A DNA stretch of 62,776 nucleotides, filler included, from Chiloscyllium plagiosum (taxonomy: Eukaryota): assembly GCF_004010195.1 (NCBI RefSeq). It is 4 parts of one record of this genome, joined end to end, with 100 filler letters (N's around TTAATTAATTAA, not from the genome) between each part and the next. Parts side by side here need not be neighbours in the genome. Positions count along the whole stretch, not along the records: positions 1 to 28,167 come from NC_057716.1; 3 more parts are not named here. One strand, 5' to 3'. The position numbers and the translations under genes are program-made. Below the pieces are notes generated by a model. That model searched no databases. It saw only the letters and a program-made list of their open reading frames with translations, and had not been told where the DNA came from. Of this stretch, positions 12,529-26,658 are shown piece by piece. Position 1 is the stretch's first letter. Each line of letters starts with the position of its first letter.

Positions 12529-14227
12529 CCATGAAAACATGTTTGGTGGTGCTGGTTACAGACAAAAATCCCTGCTTTTTAAAAGAATTTGGTTTGGGAT
12601 CTTTTCGGATCAACTTGCACTCCTTTTAATGTCTGATCATGGGGGGGGGGGGGGGGGGGAATGAGGGAATGTAGCACTTTCTAGGTACTGCACTCAAATG
12701 TCTGCTAAGGCTATCGAGTCCCGGGTCAAATATGCTAGTTAATACTGCAACCGATTTAATAGGTTTGTCAAGAATTTAAAAGCATGATCATATACAATAG
12801 AAATTTCGGAAAAATGGGTAAAATACCTTTAACAAGACAAAGCTGAGCAGCGAGATGAATGATAACTTTGGTCATCTCACATTGATAACTTTGTGAGTCA
12901 AACGCCTTTCGTTTTAAGATTCACTTACTTTTTCTTGCTGCACCAAGTGAAATACCGAAAAAATATAGTTTTAGGTGAAATGTGGGTTGACTTCTGCCCC
13001 TGAATGATATGAACGAGATTCTCTTCATTCATTCTATTTGTTTTTTTATTATAGAGATCTGGTTCAAAGAGGAATAGGTTTATTAACTAATTAGGTCTGA
13101 CGCCATAAATAATCATGTCTTCTGTCTTACATTGCAATCCAGTTGCTTTGTGGTGGACTGCGAAGACATGGATTAATGCTTTTGAATCCCCTTCCGTAAA
13201 AAAAACTCAGGTGGTTTTAAAAAGTCACTTCAGTCGCTCGTTGGCTCCTCCTACTGGATGGGACAAGTTTAAAACTTGCAACTTGAGGAAGTTTTGGAAC
13301 TTAGGTATCAGCTAAAGGTTAAAAAAAAAACTCAAAATGGTGCGATTTAAAACACTGGTTATTAAAATAAAGCCTTACTGAACTTTGTAATAAGTGCTAT
13401 GAATCCCGTAGAGTTCGCATTCCGACCCGGAGCAAGTGTTACTTTACGGAGTGAGCATTTAAGAATTTCTTAAATCACTGTAACTGCTAGATAATTCCAA
13501 ATTACCAATTTCACGCATTCCTATTTTTTCACAGAAAACAACAGTATTTTACAACAATTATATACGAGACATATGCGACTATGCTGCTTTCGTAATCCAA
13601 CTGTCTCCACTGACAAAAGACTCAGTTTTCGATCTAAACACTATTGGATTAGATACTCCTGTCAATTTGAAAACATTTCATCCGCCTCGATTTCGGAGCT
13701 TTGCTAAGTGTGACTTTGTGCTAACCAATGACGATAGTTTTACAGTGGGAAGGAGATGTTGTTTTAACCATGAACAAATCTCAACAAACCCGAAAATGAA
13801 TTGTAAACACCTTGATGAATCTCGTGCAATTAATTCCTAAGCAGTAAATTTAACCATGATCTGACTATGGGGAAATCGGATTGCTTTCACTGGTAACAAT
13901 TAAACTCGATCTAGATTGCGTTTCCTTATATTATTTCTTTAACAACTCAAGGTCTGGGGTATCGGCTATCTGTTGAACCCTGGGAAATTCTCCCAATTAA
14001 ACGTCACAGATCTTAGCCCCCGCTCAGTTCTGAACGTTTCTTTGCTGGCATCATTCCATTATCCTGCGTGCGATGTTATTGAGCTATCTATTTGGAATTT
14101 CAATTTTCCTGACCAGGTTTTCAGATTTAACTGTTGCTGTTCCACCCCAAAATCACAGGTGTAATTCCAGGGGTACTTATCGCCCAATCTTCCATGATAA
14201 CTACACATTCTTAATGGCTCCAGATTC

Positions 14228-14950
14228 TAGAAACACAGACAGAAGAGGGTCCTTTGGCCCATCGCGTCTGCACCGGTAAAACTGACTCTGAATCTACACT
14301 ATTCCCACTCCCCAGCACTTGGCCTATTGCTTTGAATCGTATGACACTCAATTTCTCATCTAAGCACTTTGTAAAAGGTGTGAGGGTTCCCTCCCAGGCA
14401 GTACATTCCAGATCCGCCCCCACCCACACCCGCTCCGTGACTCTATTACCCTCACATCCCCTGTTGACCTGTCTTTCACCTTAGAGTTATACCCCCTCAT
14501 TATGGACCCATCATCTAGGGGGAACAGCTACTTTCTACTCACCCTGTCCATGCCCCTCATATTCTGACACATCTCTATCAGGTTGCTCCTCAACCTTCTT
14601 TGCTCCAAAGAGAACAATCTGAGTTTATCCAGCTTCATAACTGAAATGTTCAATCCCAGGCAACATCCTGCTGAATCTCCTCTACATCCTCTCCAATGCA
14701 GTCATGTCCTTCTTATAATGTGGTGACCAGAAATGCACACAGTACTACAGCTGTGGCCTAACTAAAGTTTTGTACAGCTCCCACATGACCTCCCGACTCT
14801 TTTATAGTCGATGCCCCACTGATATCGGCAAGGGTCCCATGTGCATTCTTAACCGGCCTATTAACGTATCCTGCTGCCCTCAGGGATCTATGGACAATCG
14901 TCCCAAGACCCCTTTGTTCCACTGAGCCTCTTAGAGACTTGTCATTCATC
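14228..14950 (-). mobile_element. CR1 LINE 3' fragment
   Basis: Reverse strand gives CR1 ORF2 C-terminal sequence (EQRGLG..VHRSL; YKTLVRPQL.YCV.FWSP) and a 3'UTR. Confidence 0.85.
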
Positions 14951-17158
14951 ATTCTTAATATTTATGGTACAATCGGCGTGAAAACATAATTAGTTCTTCG
15001 GTATCCCTTAATTGCAAAAACAAAGCGTTGACCGTTTTGGGCTGATGCATGAAATCTATTTTGTTGATCCCACAATTTCCCTTGACACTCCATTTCAGCG
15101 GCACCAAATGCACTATTACTTTATTGTGTAAAATTTGCACCCGAGAACGAAACATTTTACTCATGAGCAAAATGAATTCGGCCACTAAACGGCTTACTGA
15201 TGGCACAGAATAACGGTGAAGGGGGTCTGGCTCTGGGAGTAAGGACTGTGAAAGGAACCTCACAGACTGCTCCATCTGGCGGCAGGATATGGCGTTACTT
15301 CAGCAGTTTCGAACTACAGGTAAATAACAAGTTGGATCTCCACCAGCTCCAAACTTTGCATTGCAAGTCTGGAATATACACGTGAGCAGATCACTCAGTA
15401 TGTTTTGAGTGAGTTAATCCAGTCGCTGCGGAAGGGAAGTAGATTTTTGTTGTTTTGTGGCCCACATCCAATGATGCCAGTTCAGAAAATAATTTTGTAT
15501 CCTCTCGGACATTAAATTGCGGAAAGGAGCTGCTGGTTTTTAATGCGCAGCCTTGGATCAGGTTCTTACAAAGGCCATGTAGACAGAGTTAAGGTTTCAC
15601 AAGATGCCCCCGTTATGCTGTTAAATGGCGAAAACTCTTATAAATATTTAAATGTGAAATATTCTATTTACTGAGATAATCACTCTTCCAGATCAGTGAT
15701 CACTGTTTCGGGGACGGGATGCATTAAATGTTACGAACAGAAATGAAATGTTATTGCCGAGAAGAATGAAAAAAGGTGCTTTTATTCGGTATCGTGGGTT
15801 TGCAGCCCCTCACTTCTTATCTGGCCAAGCACCGCCTTCCCCCAGGGAACAGATTAATGGAAAGCTTATTAAAAATCTATTCGTCACCTTGCTGTTTTCT
15901 GAGATAGCGCCATCAGCAAGCACGACCTCTGCAAATTACTACATAAATGCAGTCTAGCCTGGACAACCTACGAAGAGCAGCAATGGTTCGCGTAGGGTTA
16001 CTTGTTAGGTTAATATTTCTCAACAAAAGGCTGGCACCTTTAAGTCAAATGATTTCTATAAAATATGGCCTTTCTTTAAAAAAACACAGAAAAATAGCCA
16101 AGGCTGGTGAACGCTGTGTGAATCGTTACATGTGGGAAACATACAGCTCACATAAACGACATTTGAAATTCTGCACGCATGTTCCAAAGGATTGACTTGC
16201 AATTACCTCGCGAACATTATTAGCCCTCACCAGCAGAGAAAAGGCGAGCATGTTTACAAAGGAAACAATTCTCCTTGCTCGTCAGCCGAACGTTTCACAC
16301 GAGAAATACTTTATTCACGTTGGTGACTGGTCAAATGCCAGCGGTTCAAAGCCGAATAGGTGATCAGCTTCTGCCGGACTCGCTGAATACGAGCCCGGGG
16401 TTGAGTGAGAACAGCACTCATTCTGATTCAGCGAGGTCTGATCAAAACCGGGCCAGAGGCAAAGATGGAACCAAAAAAAAATTCCTGGCGATAGCCCGGC
16501 ATTCCCACCGTTTTGACAACGGTTGAAGTTGCCCAATTTGAAATAATTTTGATACAATGTTAATCACTCTTGAAGTTCAGATTAAAGACTTTATTTGAGC
16601 AGGGCCAAGACTGTAATGATCTTTGTGGCTGGAACTAGTAATTGTAGCGAAAATTATCTCTAACTCTAATGGAACTATATCAGCTATTCAGTCGTGCAAT
16701 GATCTAGATAGGAAATGAATCTCGAGATGTCGAGATTTACATTAGATATAGTTAGCACGTTTCAGTAAGCTTTCATCCATCATTACTCCCTTCATTTTGA
16801 TAGATTGGAAACTTTAGCCGGAGGCTTTTTCCGACTCGTGTATTTCTTTCTTCCAGAGACTGCTTCTGGCCGTCCAATGTGTCGGGTTTACTTAGCAAGA
16901 ATTTACCAGTACACTAAATAACGAATATTTGTTTTTGCATGGTTGGTTTTGTGCTGACGACATCGTGACCGCACCCTCCCACAGGCAAATACTCATAAAT
17001 TCTCTGTTGGGGGTCACAGCGCATCTCTAATAAGCAAAATCTTCTCACTTGCTACACATTATCCGACTAGCATTCCTTGTAAACGACACGACAACAACAC
17101 AATATGTTTGGAAGCGGAAAGAGACCATTTCTGACCGGTCTTTCTTGCAACAACATAG

Positions 17159-17317
17159 GTTTTTTGCAAAGGACCAACAGCATCGAGGATAAAAGCAGGA
17201 GCGTAAATTCTATGAAAGACCGTCAGTCCTCCAGGAATCTGAATACCAGCGAAAACAGCGAAAGGGACTCGATATTCAGGCGCACGGAGACGGATTTTTC
17301 CAATCTCTACGCCAGAG
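17159..17317 (+). CDS. GAD1: GAD67 coding exon 3 ([14 protein letters not shown]...[13 protein letters not shown])
   Basis: GAD67 motifs FLQRTNS and [13 protein letters not shown] acceptor and GTAAGT donor; 159 nt. Confidence 0.97.
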
Positions 17318-17489
17318 GTAAGTTCTGAATAATAGAGAATGACTTTGGCGAAAGCTTGCAAAAGAATCGTGTACAATGGAAACGGACTATTATTCAATCC
17401 CTGGGGCAGCATGCTTACATTGCTCAATGTATTCTATGAATCTCTAGTTATTTGACATGTTACCATATTTGTAGAAAAAGGTAAGAAAA

Positions 17490-17580
17490 GGATGCTGCCA
17501 AACCTGCTGAGTCAATCCAGCAGTTTCTGTGTGTTTTATTTCAGATCTTCAGCATCCGCAGTTCTTTGTTTTATTGTTCC
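17490..17580 (+). mobile_element. Short PLE tail fragment
   Basis: atgctgcca.acctgctgag...cagcatccgcagtt motif shared with other PLE ends. Confidence 0.65.
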
Positions 17581-17830
17581 GAAAATCTAGTTCCGTTGAG
17601 AGCTATTTCTGAAATTTGTGTTTGTTGAGTGCGTTACTCTTTAACACTGGATGGCGTCACTGCATTTTAAAATGTTTGTACTTTTAACAGTGGAATGGAT
17701 TTTGTTCTTGAATGAACGGTACAGTGTGCAGCACTCCGCCGGTTTGTATGTTTCATTGAACCAATGAACATCGCAATGTTGCTTTCATGCTGTATATCGT
17801 AAACTACGTGTAACATCTGTTCGTTCTCAG

Positions 17831-18073
17831 ACTTGTTACCAGCAAAAAATGGAGAAGAGCAGACCACCCAATTCCTTTTGGAAGTGGTCGACATTCTCCT
17901 CAATTACATCAAGAAAACTTTCGATAGGTCCACGAAAGTACTCGACTTCCATCATCCCCATCAGCTCCTGGAGGGAATAGAAGGTTTCAACCTGGAGCTT
18001 TCAGACAATCCTGAATCTCTAGAGCAGATTTTGGTGGACTGCAGGGACACACTCAAATATGGCGTTCGTACAG
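17831..18073 (+). CDS. GAD1: GAD67 coding exon 4 ([12 protein letters not shown]...TLKYGVRT)
   Basis: Near-identical to GAD67; ctcAG acceptor and GTAAAG donor; 243 nt. Confidence 0.98.
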
Positions 18074-19944
18074 GTAAAGTTCACAATCTCACTTACAACA
18101 TCCTTCAAGGTTAAAACCACGTTTTTGTTCACAAGTTGCCAAAAATCTCAATTTCTTTATATCAGTTTTTTTTGCCTTTTCCTGGTTGAATAGAAAATGC
18201 CCACTGTTTCTTACAAAATGTAGAATAAGAGGTTTATGGCTGTGCTGTATGGACCATTTTGAATTCCTCATGGGCCGGCGTTGCTATTGACTGGTATTTC
18301 ACATATCGTGTTCTGGGTGATGGGAGTGAGGTTTATTCTATTCCAGACATAGATCTTAACATAGTTCCATCATCTGAAAATGCAACCTATACATCTACGT
18401 TGTCAAATGGATGAACATACAATGTGTGCAAATTGGGAACTGTTAGGGTGTTCTGTTTCAATTCCAGTAGCTCTTAATTTATCGCAAATCGGTGGAACAG
18501 AAAGGTTATAGCCTGGGTGTCAGTGAGATAAGTACCTTGCTGCTGAAGTTTGCCATAACTTACTGACCTACTTAGCTCCAAGGAGCAGAGTCAATCTCGT
18601 GTGTCGAGACGTGATTAATTTCTAGTTGTTGACTACGGCATGACTTTTTTTATACCACCAGATCTAAAGACAGTAGGAACAATAAAACTGGCTAGAATAT
18701 AATACGATACTTTATTTCCTATCGACTGAATAGAAGTCATTTGTGAAATCAGGACTGAATAGCAGAAATCATTGTAATCCTTTCCATAAGCAGCCTTGGT
18801 CAAATTAGATACGGCCATGCACGATATTCATATCAAACATTTCACCTTCATTTTCATCTAATTTTGGGCGACGATCGTGATCAAATCGAAAGGCAATTAT
18901 TTTTCTCTGAGTGTCTGCTCTAGATGTTGTCAATTCATTTAAAACATGAACTTATGGAGAACACGTTCAAATCTGGCCATTCCGCCTACTCGCAGCCAGT
19001 AGTGAGTGTTCCCTCAGCTTCTGGCTTTATTGTATTTTCGGACAGTTCTCAGTCACCGTTCTTCGGCTGGTGAATAATTGGTTATTCACAGATCCCCGTT
19101 GACATAATCCCGTACAGTTGCATCCTCCTCATTCCGGAACTCATCTCGTTGTAATTAATTTAACGCAGTCAACCGTTTGACTGATCATAACAGGGAGGTG
19201 ATGCACACATGCCGTTGCCAGGATCCTGGTCTAAAAGATGCCGTAAAGAAGGTACCATCGAGCTCGGTGGGGTTCTCGATGTCTAACCAGGTCGGATAAG
19301 ATCTTACGGCCAAATTTCGATTTCAGTTTTCAGCTAGTCGCTTCTGAAAGCGGCATCTAATGCAACTCTGACAGTAGCTGCCACCGGAATTGAAGTGCTA
19401 CCGCTTAAAAAAAACATAAAATTCCTGTTCTGCACACAACCAGGGCCACAGTCATGATACAGGACCTATTAGTTACTACTGCGAATATAAATACATGCAT
19501 AACATTGAGTAGTTACCCAGACGGAAGATGCAAACATCGGATGCCATAGTGTGTGTGATCCTCAAACTGACGGTGTGCCTCATCTTGTGGAATATTACAC
19601 CCCTCCCCCCATTTCTACACACTTAAGGAGAGCAATGTCGATATTGATTTGGATTAAAATGAGGCTCCTACACAAAGTGTATTCCTGTGTCCCTGATCCT
19701 GGAAGATTTGGTGCTCTCATTCAGAGCTAGTGACAGAAAGGAATGATATTGTGTGCTGGCCCTGTTTCATGCGCCGTGCTATTGTTTCCTGACAATTCCC
19801 CATCTCCAATCCAGCATTTCCAAATTATCTGAAGAAAGGAAAACGCTGTTCTCGTCGGTCTTCACAAGACTGGCTACTAAATAGATCCCTCCCTCGGTTT
19901 ATCATTTTTACGTAGAGCATAAACACAGTCAGTGCATTTCACCC

Positions 19945-20065
19945 CTTCTGATCAAGGGTCAGTGGACGCTGTTTTCTCTCCTCAGATGCTGCTAGACTTG
20001 CTGAGTTTTTTTTCGGCAATTTTTGATCTTGTTTCTGATTTCCAACATCCGCAGTTCTTTGTTTG
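19945..20065 (+). mobile_element. Short PLE tail fragment (type C)
   Basis: ttctga..aagggtcagtggac...gatgctgctagacttgctgag. Confidence 0.65.
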
Positions 20066-21705
20066 CTCGGTGTGTTTCAAACTGCGAATAGTTCCCGTCA
20101 CTTTCCCCCCACATACTACAAGTCCCCGTTGCACATTAGCTCCAACACATAACACTCCAACAAACGCAATCCGTCCAGTATCAACCGAACGGACCGAATT
20201 AATTCTTTATAACCATCATTTGTGCTAAACGATTATGCTACAAATGAAGCTTCATGTATATTGGCAGGAAAACCACGATTTTTACCCTCGTTTCCCCATA
20301 CTTGATATTGATAAATACTGCAAGAACTGTATTTTAAAGTGAAACGTTATCATTTAATCTTGAGTTGGAGAGGGCTGACGTATTGCCAGTGCATTGAAAT
20401 TTATACTTTTCAAGTTCTTAATGTGTATTTATATTTCTAAGCAAATGCGATCAGTCTCAGAGCTGAATAGTTGTTTTTACAGATTGTTTAACGAGGACTT
20501 TGTCAACATTGTGTCCCAGTCCAGGTTTCTCGGTGAAACTCGGAGCTGGCTGCCGTAGTCTGTTGATTCGTGTAATTAAAGCCCAATGAACGAAATGTGC
20601 GTTTAATGAAAAGCCATCTTCGAAAATAATTTTATGCAAAAACAGATGTTTTCATTGTACACTGAGCCATTGACCTAGAAATGCAGGAGTCCTGTCAATC
20701 AAAATAGAAAGAGCTAATGGGAAGGTTCAGAATTTGACTTTGTCCACACCTTTTCCTTTCTGCTGGAATGTGGATTCTCACTCAGCACAGCGCTGATTTG
20801 ATCAGTTATTCTGTTTGAACAAACCTTTCACCAACGCACTCTTAAGTAAAGCGCAAGATTGAACGTGAATGTGACAGGCACAATGGTTTGCAGTGACCAT
20901 TTCCCAGTAATCGCGAGTGGCTGAGTTTCTGACTATCCGTTCGAGTTTTCAATACTTTGTAGGCTGTCCTGGATTCGAGACTCAGCCGTCGTCTTCGCCA
21001 GGTCCCCTTGTTCGGACAAAGAAAGACCGAGCTTGATTCCAGATTCTTAAAACATTTCATTAGCATGTCGACATGCTGCTAGTGTAACGGAGTGGCTAAT
21101 TGCCGGAAATACTTTTTAAATCAATTAATGTTTTATTCCTGAACGGATTTCAAAAGTATACCTTTCATTTAGCATATTGTAAAAAAAAAATCGTGACATT
21201 TAGTGAGTCATTTAGAAAACCTGTTCACTGTTAAGGGGTACAACAGAGAACAGCCACTCCAGAACCCAGATAAGGGCAATCCCAACAAAAATATCCACTG
21301 GTCTCTTAGATCAGTTAAACACAGTCGCTTCCCTTTGGCGAGGTAGCCGCTTCCGATCCTCGCCAACTCATCCCCAAGTTTCAGATTTGGGAAGTTTACA
21401 AAACGGACGCTTTTGTGCGCGAATAAAGTGAACATGTCAGCGAGACTGAAGAGAGAGCGTACATTTACCGCACCTAAAGCGCTAGATGTATATTTACCCC
21501 GAGCGACCTTTTGGAATGAATGCTTCCCGCTCGTAAATGTCTGTCCAGATGCAGAAATACCGGGTGAATTGATGTCGATTTCACTGCAGGTCATTTCTGT
21601 ATAAACGCAATGTATGAGTGTTACCCCAGGTTAGCGAGAAGCAATCAGTTCCAGGCATAAACTTAGATCCAATAGAAAATGGACTGAAACATTTGAACGG
21701 ATTAG

Positions 21706-21849
<144 letters not shown>

Positions 21850-23195
21850 TAAGTTCGAGAATGCACTTCATTCCACTTTATTATTAAGGACAGCATCACA
21901 AAGGAAAATGCATCCGATTCGGACATGTCTCCGTGAGAATTTTTCACAGCTCATCAGATTTGAATGAGGTTACCCAGAGGGATTTGAAGCCACCCAGTCC
22001 TCCTCTATAGTGGCGCAGACTGCCCAAGGGCAATCTTCCTGGGCACATGATTAACTTCAACATAAAATTCTCATATCATTTAGAAATTGGAAATAACTCA
22101 GCACCAGAGTTTAGAAGTGCAATGACGAATTTGTAGCTGTTTATTTACTTCGTACACCAGAGAGCGCTCTCGGGCAGGTTGCTGGTCCAGAGTGAAACTG
22201 GCAGAAAACAAAGCATTCTACGAAAAATAGTCCTTTTAAGCCAATGCAATGACAGGGTATGTAAAATATGTACAACACGATAAGGTAAGTGCAAAGTATT
22301 GACGTTATCTGTTGTCACATATGAACACGCCTCGAATATTAACCCAAACAAACAGGATTAGACAGAATCCCAAGTCCCTCAGTACAGCGGTCATTGCATT
22401 AGTGTAACAGAATAAATCACACATATTTGTAAAACTTCAATACTTAAAGACACATTACGACATTAGGACAAGTTGGAATGAAGAGCAAACGTAATATCGA
22501 TATGCCTGAAAGTTGTTTGTGCTGAGAGTTATCGAATGCATTCAGAGTATGGGGGGGGGGGGGGGTAGAACGACGCCGAGCAGCCAGGATCCACGAGTCT
22601 GGAGCATAATTGTTAAATCAGCCTCTCTGACAGTGAAGTGAGTCTGATCCTCACTGAAATGTAGTAGCATGGGAGCTCTGTGAAGGTGAGTTTTGAAATA
22701 TCCACAAAGCTCCGTTCTCTCAGCATTCCATTGAATTGTTTGAAGGTTCTCATGGGGCACAGCATTTCTCCCCGGTGCTATAAAAATACAACATCTCACG
22801 GAGCCCTTCCATTTCCGGGCTGCTGGCTTTGTGTGCTGCAAGCGCTCCAATCCCAATGGCCTATTTTAAACCCTACATCCCGTGTGACATGAAAAAAAGA
22901 CTATTATTCTCTTGGAACTTTATTCACCTCTACACTGACTTTATCCCCTTCACCTCTAATATTTTTCTTCATAGGTCTGATATTTCTTACGCTGATATTT
23001 GTCAATGTCATTGGTCCTTTAAATTCCATTTTACTCAAACTGACTTCTGCTGTCCATGTCCATTCAACAGGTTCTTTTTTTTTAACTTTGCTCATCTCCA
23101 TTGATACCTTGTCTCCCAATGCAATTGATATTTTCTCAGTATGTATTCTCACAGAACAGAATATTTTACTGCATATTCTCCCCTACTTAAGTATT

Positions 23196-23499
23196 GTGGC
23201 ACTGTGGCTCAGTGGTTAGCACTGCTACCTCACAGTGCCAGGGACCCCTGTTCAATTCCAGCCCCGGGTGACTGTCTGTGTGGAGTTTGCACATTCTCCC
23301 CATGTCTGTGTGAGTTTGCTCTGGTTTCATCCCACAATCCAAAGCTGTGCATGTCAGGTGAATTGGCCATGCTAAATTGCCCATAGTGTTAGGTACAATA
23401 GTCAGGGGTAAATGTTGGGGAATTGTTCTGGGTGGGTCTCTCTTGGAGAATGCTTGTAGGGCCGAAGGGCTTCTTTCCATACTAGAGGGAATGTAATCT
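23196..23499 (+). mobile_element. HE1-type tRNA-derived SINE
   Basis: tRNA-like A/B box head (tggctcagtggttagcact...gttcaattcc), core tgtgtggagtttgcacattctccc, and a CR1-derived tail. Confidence 0.85.
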
Positions 23500-23659
23500 C
23501 CACTAAGTCAGTGTCTTTAGTCCTCTTTTTGTGGTTTTTATGAGGACTGCATTTGCTGGCATGCAGGAGCATGCACAGTTATAGGAATGTTGGCATCAGC
23601 AGACATATGCTTTTTATGTACAGCCCTATACCATTTTCTCTAGAACATTTAGGCACTTA

Positions 23660-23865
23660 CAGTCATAGAGTCATACAGCAGAGAAACGTACCTTTTGGTC
23701 CAACATATTTGTGTTGACCAGACATCCCAATCTGACCTCATTCTATTTGCCAGCATTTGGCCTATGTCCCTGTAAACCCTTCCTATCCATATGCTCTTCC
23801 AAATGCCCTTTTAAATGTTGTAATTGTACCCACCTCCAGCACTTCCTCTGGCAGCTCATTCTGCA
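23660..23865 (-). mobile_element. CR1 3' end fragment
   Basis: Reverse complement of the 3660-3856 type 3'UTR. Confidence 0.8.
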
Positions 23866-24737
23866 TGACTTGAATCTTGGAATTCTCAATGTTTCCAAGA
23901 TTCTTTATGGCTCTTTTATGTGTATTTTTAAAAGCCTCATATAAACCTATATTTTTGACCATGCTTTTGGTCTCCTCTCATGTCTTTAATTGTTAGGAAA
24001 CTGCTCATCATGCATTAGGCAACTCAGGATGTTTTATTATATTATAGTGCTACAGAAATGAAAGTGTTACTGTCTTGGCAGTATTGACTCAAATCACTGT
24101 ACATTAAGGCACCTACCAATCCATTCTTTGAAAGAATTAGGCTAACGTGATCAGATTTTCTTCTCAAGGTGTACACTGTATTTTTCATTCACATCTGCAG
24201 TGGATATCTTTAAAGGCTGAGTATTTTCCTCTCTTTGGCTATTTGGTAATCATCATTTATAATTACATTTGACATTTATTGATTGCCATGGATTACAGAA
24301 ACAAAACTGCCCTTGGGGGATCATCACCTAGATAATTTTATGTGACTGATTGTTTTTGGATCTTTGCAATCCAGTTCAATATTCTTAATTATCTTTGCTG
24401 GCTGCTTGTCTATATTTATTCTGTTCAGTGAATGGTCTGTGAGTTCAAATAACAGGCATTCCACATTATTTACAATGACATGTTTACAAATGATATATCA
24501 TGGTGTTGAACCTTTTTTAAAATAAAATTAATTGGATTTTGCTAGATAAATGGCAGTTATACCTATATTTCATAGTTAGGAGAAAGTATTGCATTGTCAT
24601 CTAAATATTTGTACCTGAGAATAATTTTGATCTATTACTTATAAATGAATGACTTGCAACCTTTCATCAAAAGCATTATGATTAAAAATGAGATGGTAAC
24701 TCAGAAGTGTAGTCACACATGATACTTTATCTCACAG

Positions 24738-24850
24738 GTTTACATATGAAATAGCACCAGTTTTTGTCCTAATGGAACAAATCACACTGAAGAAAATGCG
24801 AGAGATAATTGGTTGGCCCAACGGGGATGGTGATGGAATCTTTTCACCTG
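24738..24850 (+). CDS. GAD1: GAD67 coding exon 6 ([37 protein letters not shown])
   Basis: Conserved translation; cacAG acceptor and GTAGGT donor; 113 nt. Confidence 0.98.
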
Positions 24851-25990
24851 GTAGGTAGTATTATCCATTTAGTTCAGTAGGATTTTCAATCTATAACCAT
24901 GTAACCACACAAAATTGGTTCTTCTGTCAAGCCAGTGAAAGCAAACATGCAATTTCAGGTTCAGCAAAAAAATCCAACTTGAAAATTATTTTTCAGTTTT
25001 CGTATCCTTACTTGTATGATGCTGTTATGCATCAGCAAAATGACAATTCAATATAAATATTTAATTAAGAAATGCACGTGAATATAAACAGGAACTCTAA
25101 ATTTAATAGCCTAGGCAACATGTTGTAAATTAAAGCTTTGGATATCACTCTCTTCCATTGAAATAGATTTTTTTGCAATTTTTAAAACTCTCTCCTATAG
25201 AGATCCAATAAAAATTATCTGGATTTTTAATATTGAATGACAGAAGCTCAATATCATGAAAACTTTGTTCTTTTATGCCACTAATATTATTTTGTTTTTC
25301 TGATGTCATTACTAGGATGTGTTCAGCATCAACACAAATATGTTGTTTCACATTGATTTCCTGAGACTGTAGGATACCCTCAGAAATAATAGCTAAATAA
25401 GTGTCAGAAAATGTATCTTCTCTGTTGTGAGACAGTTTGAAAACCTTATTTGCTCTTAGACTTGCCTACTTTCCATTTTAAAGTTAATCATGCTATTATT
25501 CCATTGTGAATGTAGGACAGTGCTGTGTGCAGGTAGCACTAATTGCTCTATTGAAAAGAATGCTTTTCAACAGGGGTACATTTCAAACTAATCCACAACT
25601 ATAACCATTAAATTCTGAAAATCCATTCAGATGAAAAGTAAATATTTAAAAATTAAAAATGAAATCTAGAAAATCTAGCTTCACAAAAAAATTTGATTCC
25701 TGTGTCCCATTTGTATTTGATTTTGCATTTCAACTAATTGCATTTCAACTAACTTCAGGCTTTTGTCCTGGCCTAAGAGAGATTATGGCTATAAACACAG
25801 AAATCAGTTGTCAACAATAACTGTACCTTTCCATATGAAGGAAAATAGACAGGATTTTTAGCAGGTACTGTAACAGAAATCATTGAGCTGCTAGTATATA
25901 TTGAATTTATGGTTTCAAGCAGCAACTTTTGGAACATTTTTGAAAAGGTAAACTTGTAAAAGTACTCCTGCTAAATTTATTTCTTTTTAG

Positions 25991-26106
25991 GAGGGGCTAT
26001 ATCAAATATGTATAGCATAATGGCAGCTCGTTACAAGTATTTCCCAGATGTTAAAGCCAAAGGGATGATAGCAGCTCCTAAACTGATTCTGTTCACATCA
26101 GAAAAT
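25991..26106 (+). CDS. GAD1: GAD67 coding exon 7 ([39 protein letters not shown])
   Basis: Conserved GGAISNMY motif; tttAG acceptor and GTAAGT donor; 116 nt. Confidence 0.98.
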
Positions 26107-26208
26107 GTAAGTTGTGTGATTCTTCAGATTTATTATTGATTATTTATTTCTTCAAGTTTACACGTATTTTCTAATATTAGTAATTTTGAACATATATGTT
26201 TTTTACAG

Positions 26209-26288
26209 AGTCATTATTCAATAAAGAAGGCTGGGGCTGCCCTTGGTTTTGGAACAGACAATGTGATTTTATTAAAATGCGATGAAAG
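26209..26288 (+). CDS. GAD1: GAD67 coding exon 8 ([27 protein letters not shown])
   Basis: Conserved SHYS motif; tacAG acceptor and GTAAAA donor; 80 nt. Confidence 0.98.
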
Positions 26289-26427
26289 GTAAAATTCAGT
26301 ATAAAGCCGCAGAGTTCATTTCAAATGTACACATGTTAATGATCTGAAAATTATGATGCTATTATCTGCTGATTTTCCAACCATGAAAATTATAAATTTT
26401 ATACTTTTTTTTCTATAATGATTACAG

Positions 26428-26482
26428 AGGAAAAATAATGCCATCAGATCTGGAAGCAAAAATTATTGAAGTTAAGCAAAAG
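26428..26482 (+). CDS. GAD1: GAD67 coding exon 9 (GKIMPSDLEAKIIEVKQK)
   Basis: Conserved translation; tacAG acceptor and GTATGT donor; 55 nt. Confidence 0.97.
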
Positions 26483-26658
26483 GTATGTGTCCATGTTTAA
26501 TTCCAATGATCTAGGTGACTGTAACTTACATTAGAAGAGATTGTGTTTTGTTATTGTTAACGCAATTTCTAATGCCCAATTATTTATTATAGAAACCCTT
26601 GGTCTGGATTTAAAATGTTGTTCACTGGCATATCAAAAAAACTTCCATGTCTTTACAG

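Noticed and set aside
12641..12659. Poly-G run as a G-quadruplex element (also 22551-22565)
   Set aside because: Simple homopolymer of unreliable length with no other support.
17059..17427. 122-aa minus-strand ORF
   Set aside because: Antisense shadow of a GAD1 coding exon, with no independent evidence.
23196..23270. tRNA gene
   Set aside because: It is the tRNA-derived head of a SINE, followed by SINE core and tail.
23590..23612. ggcatcagcagacatatg as a remnant of the mammalian embryonic exon
   Set aside because: The match is short, with no supporting acceptor or TGATG stop/start.
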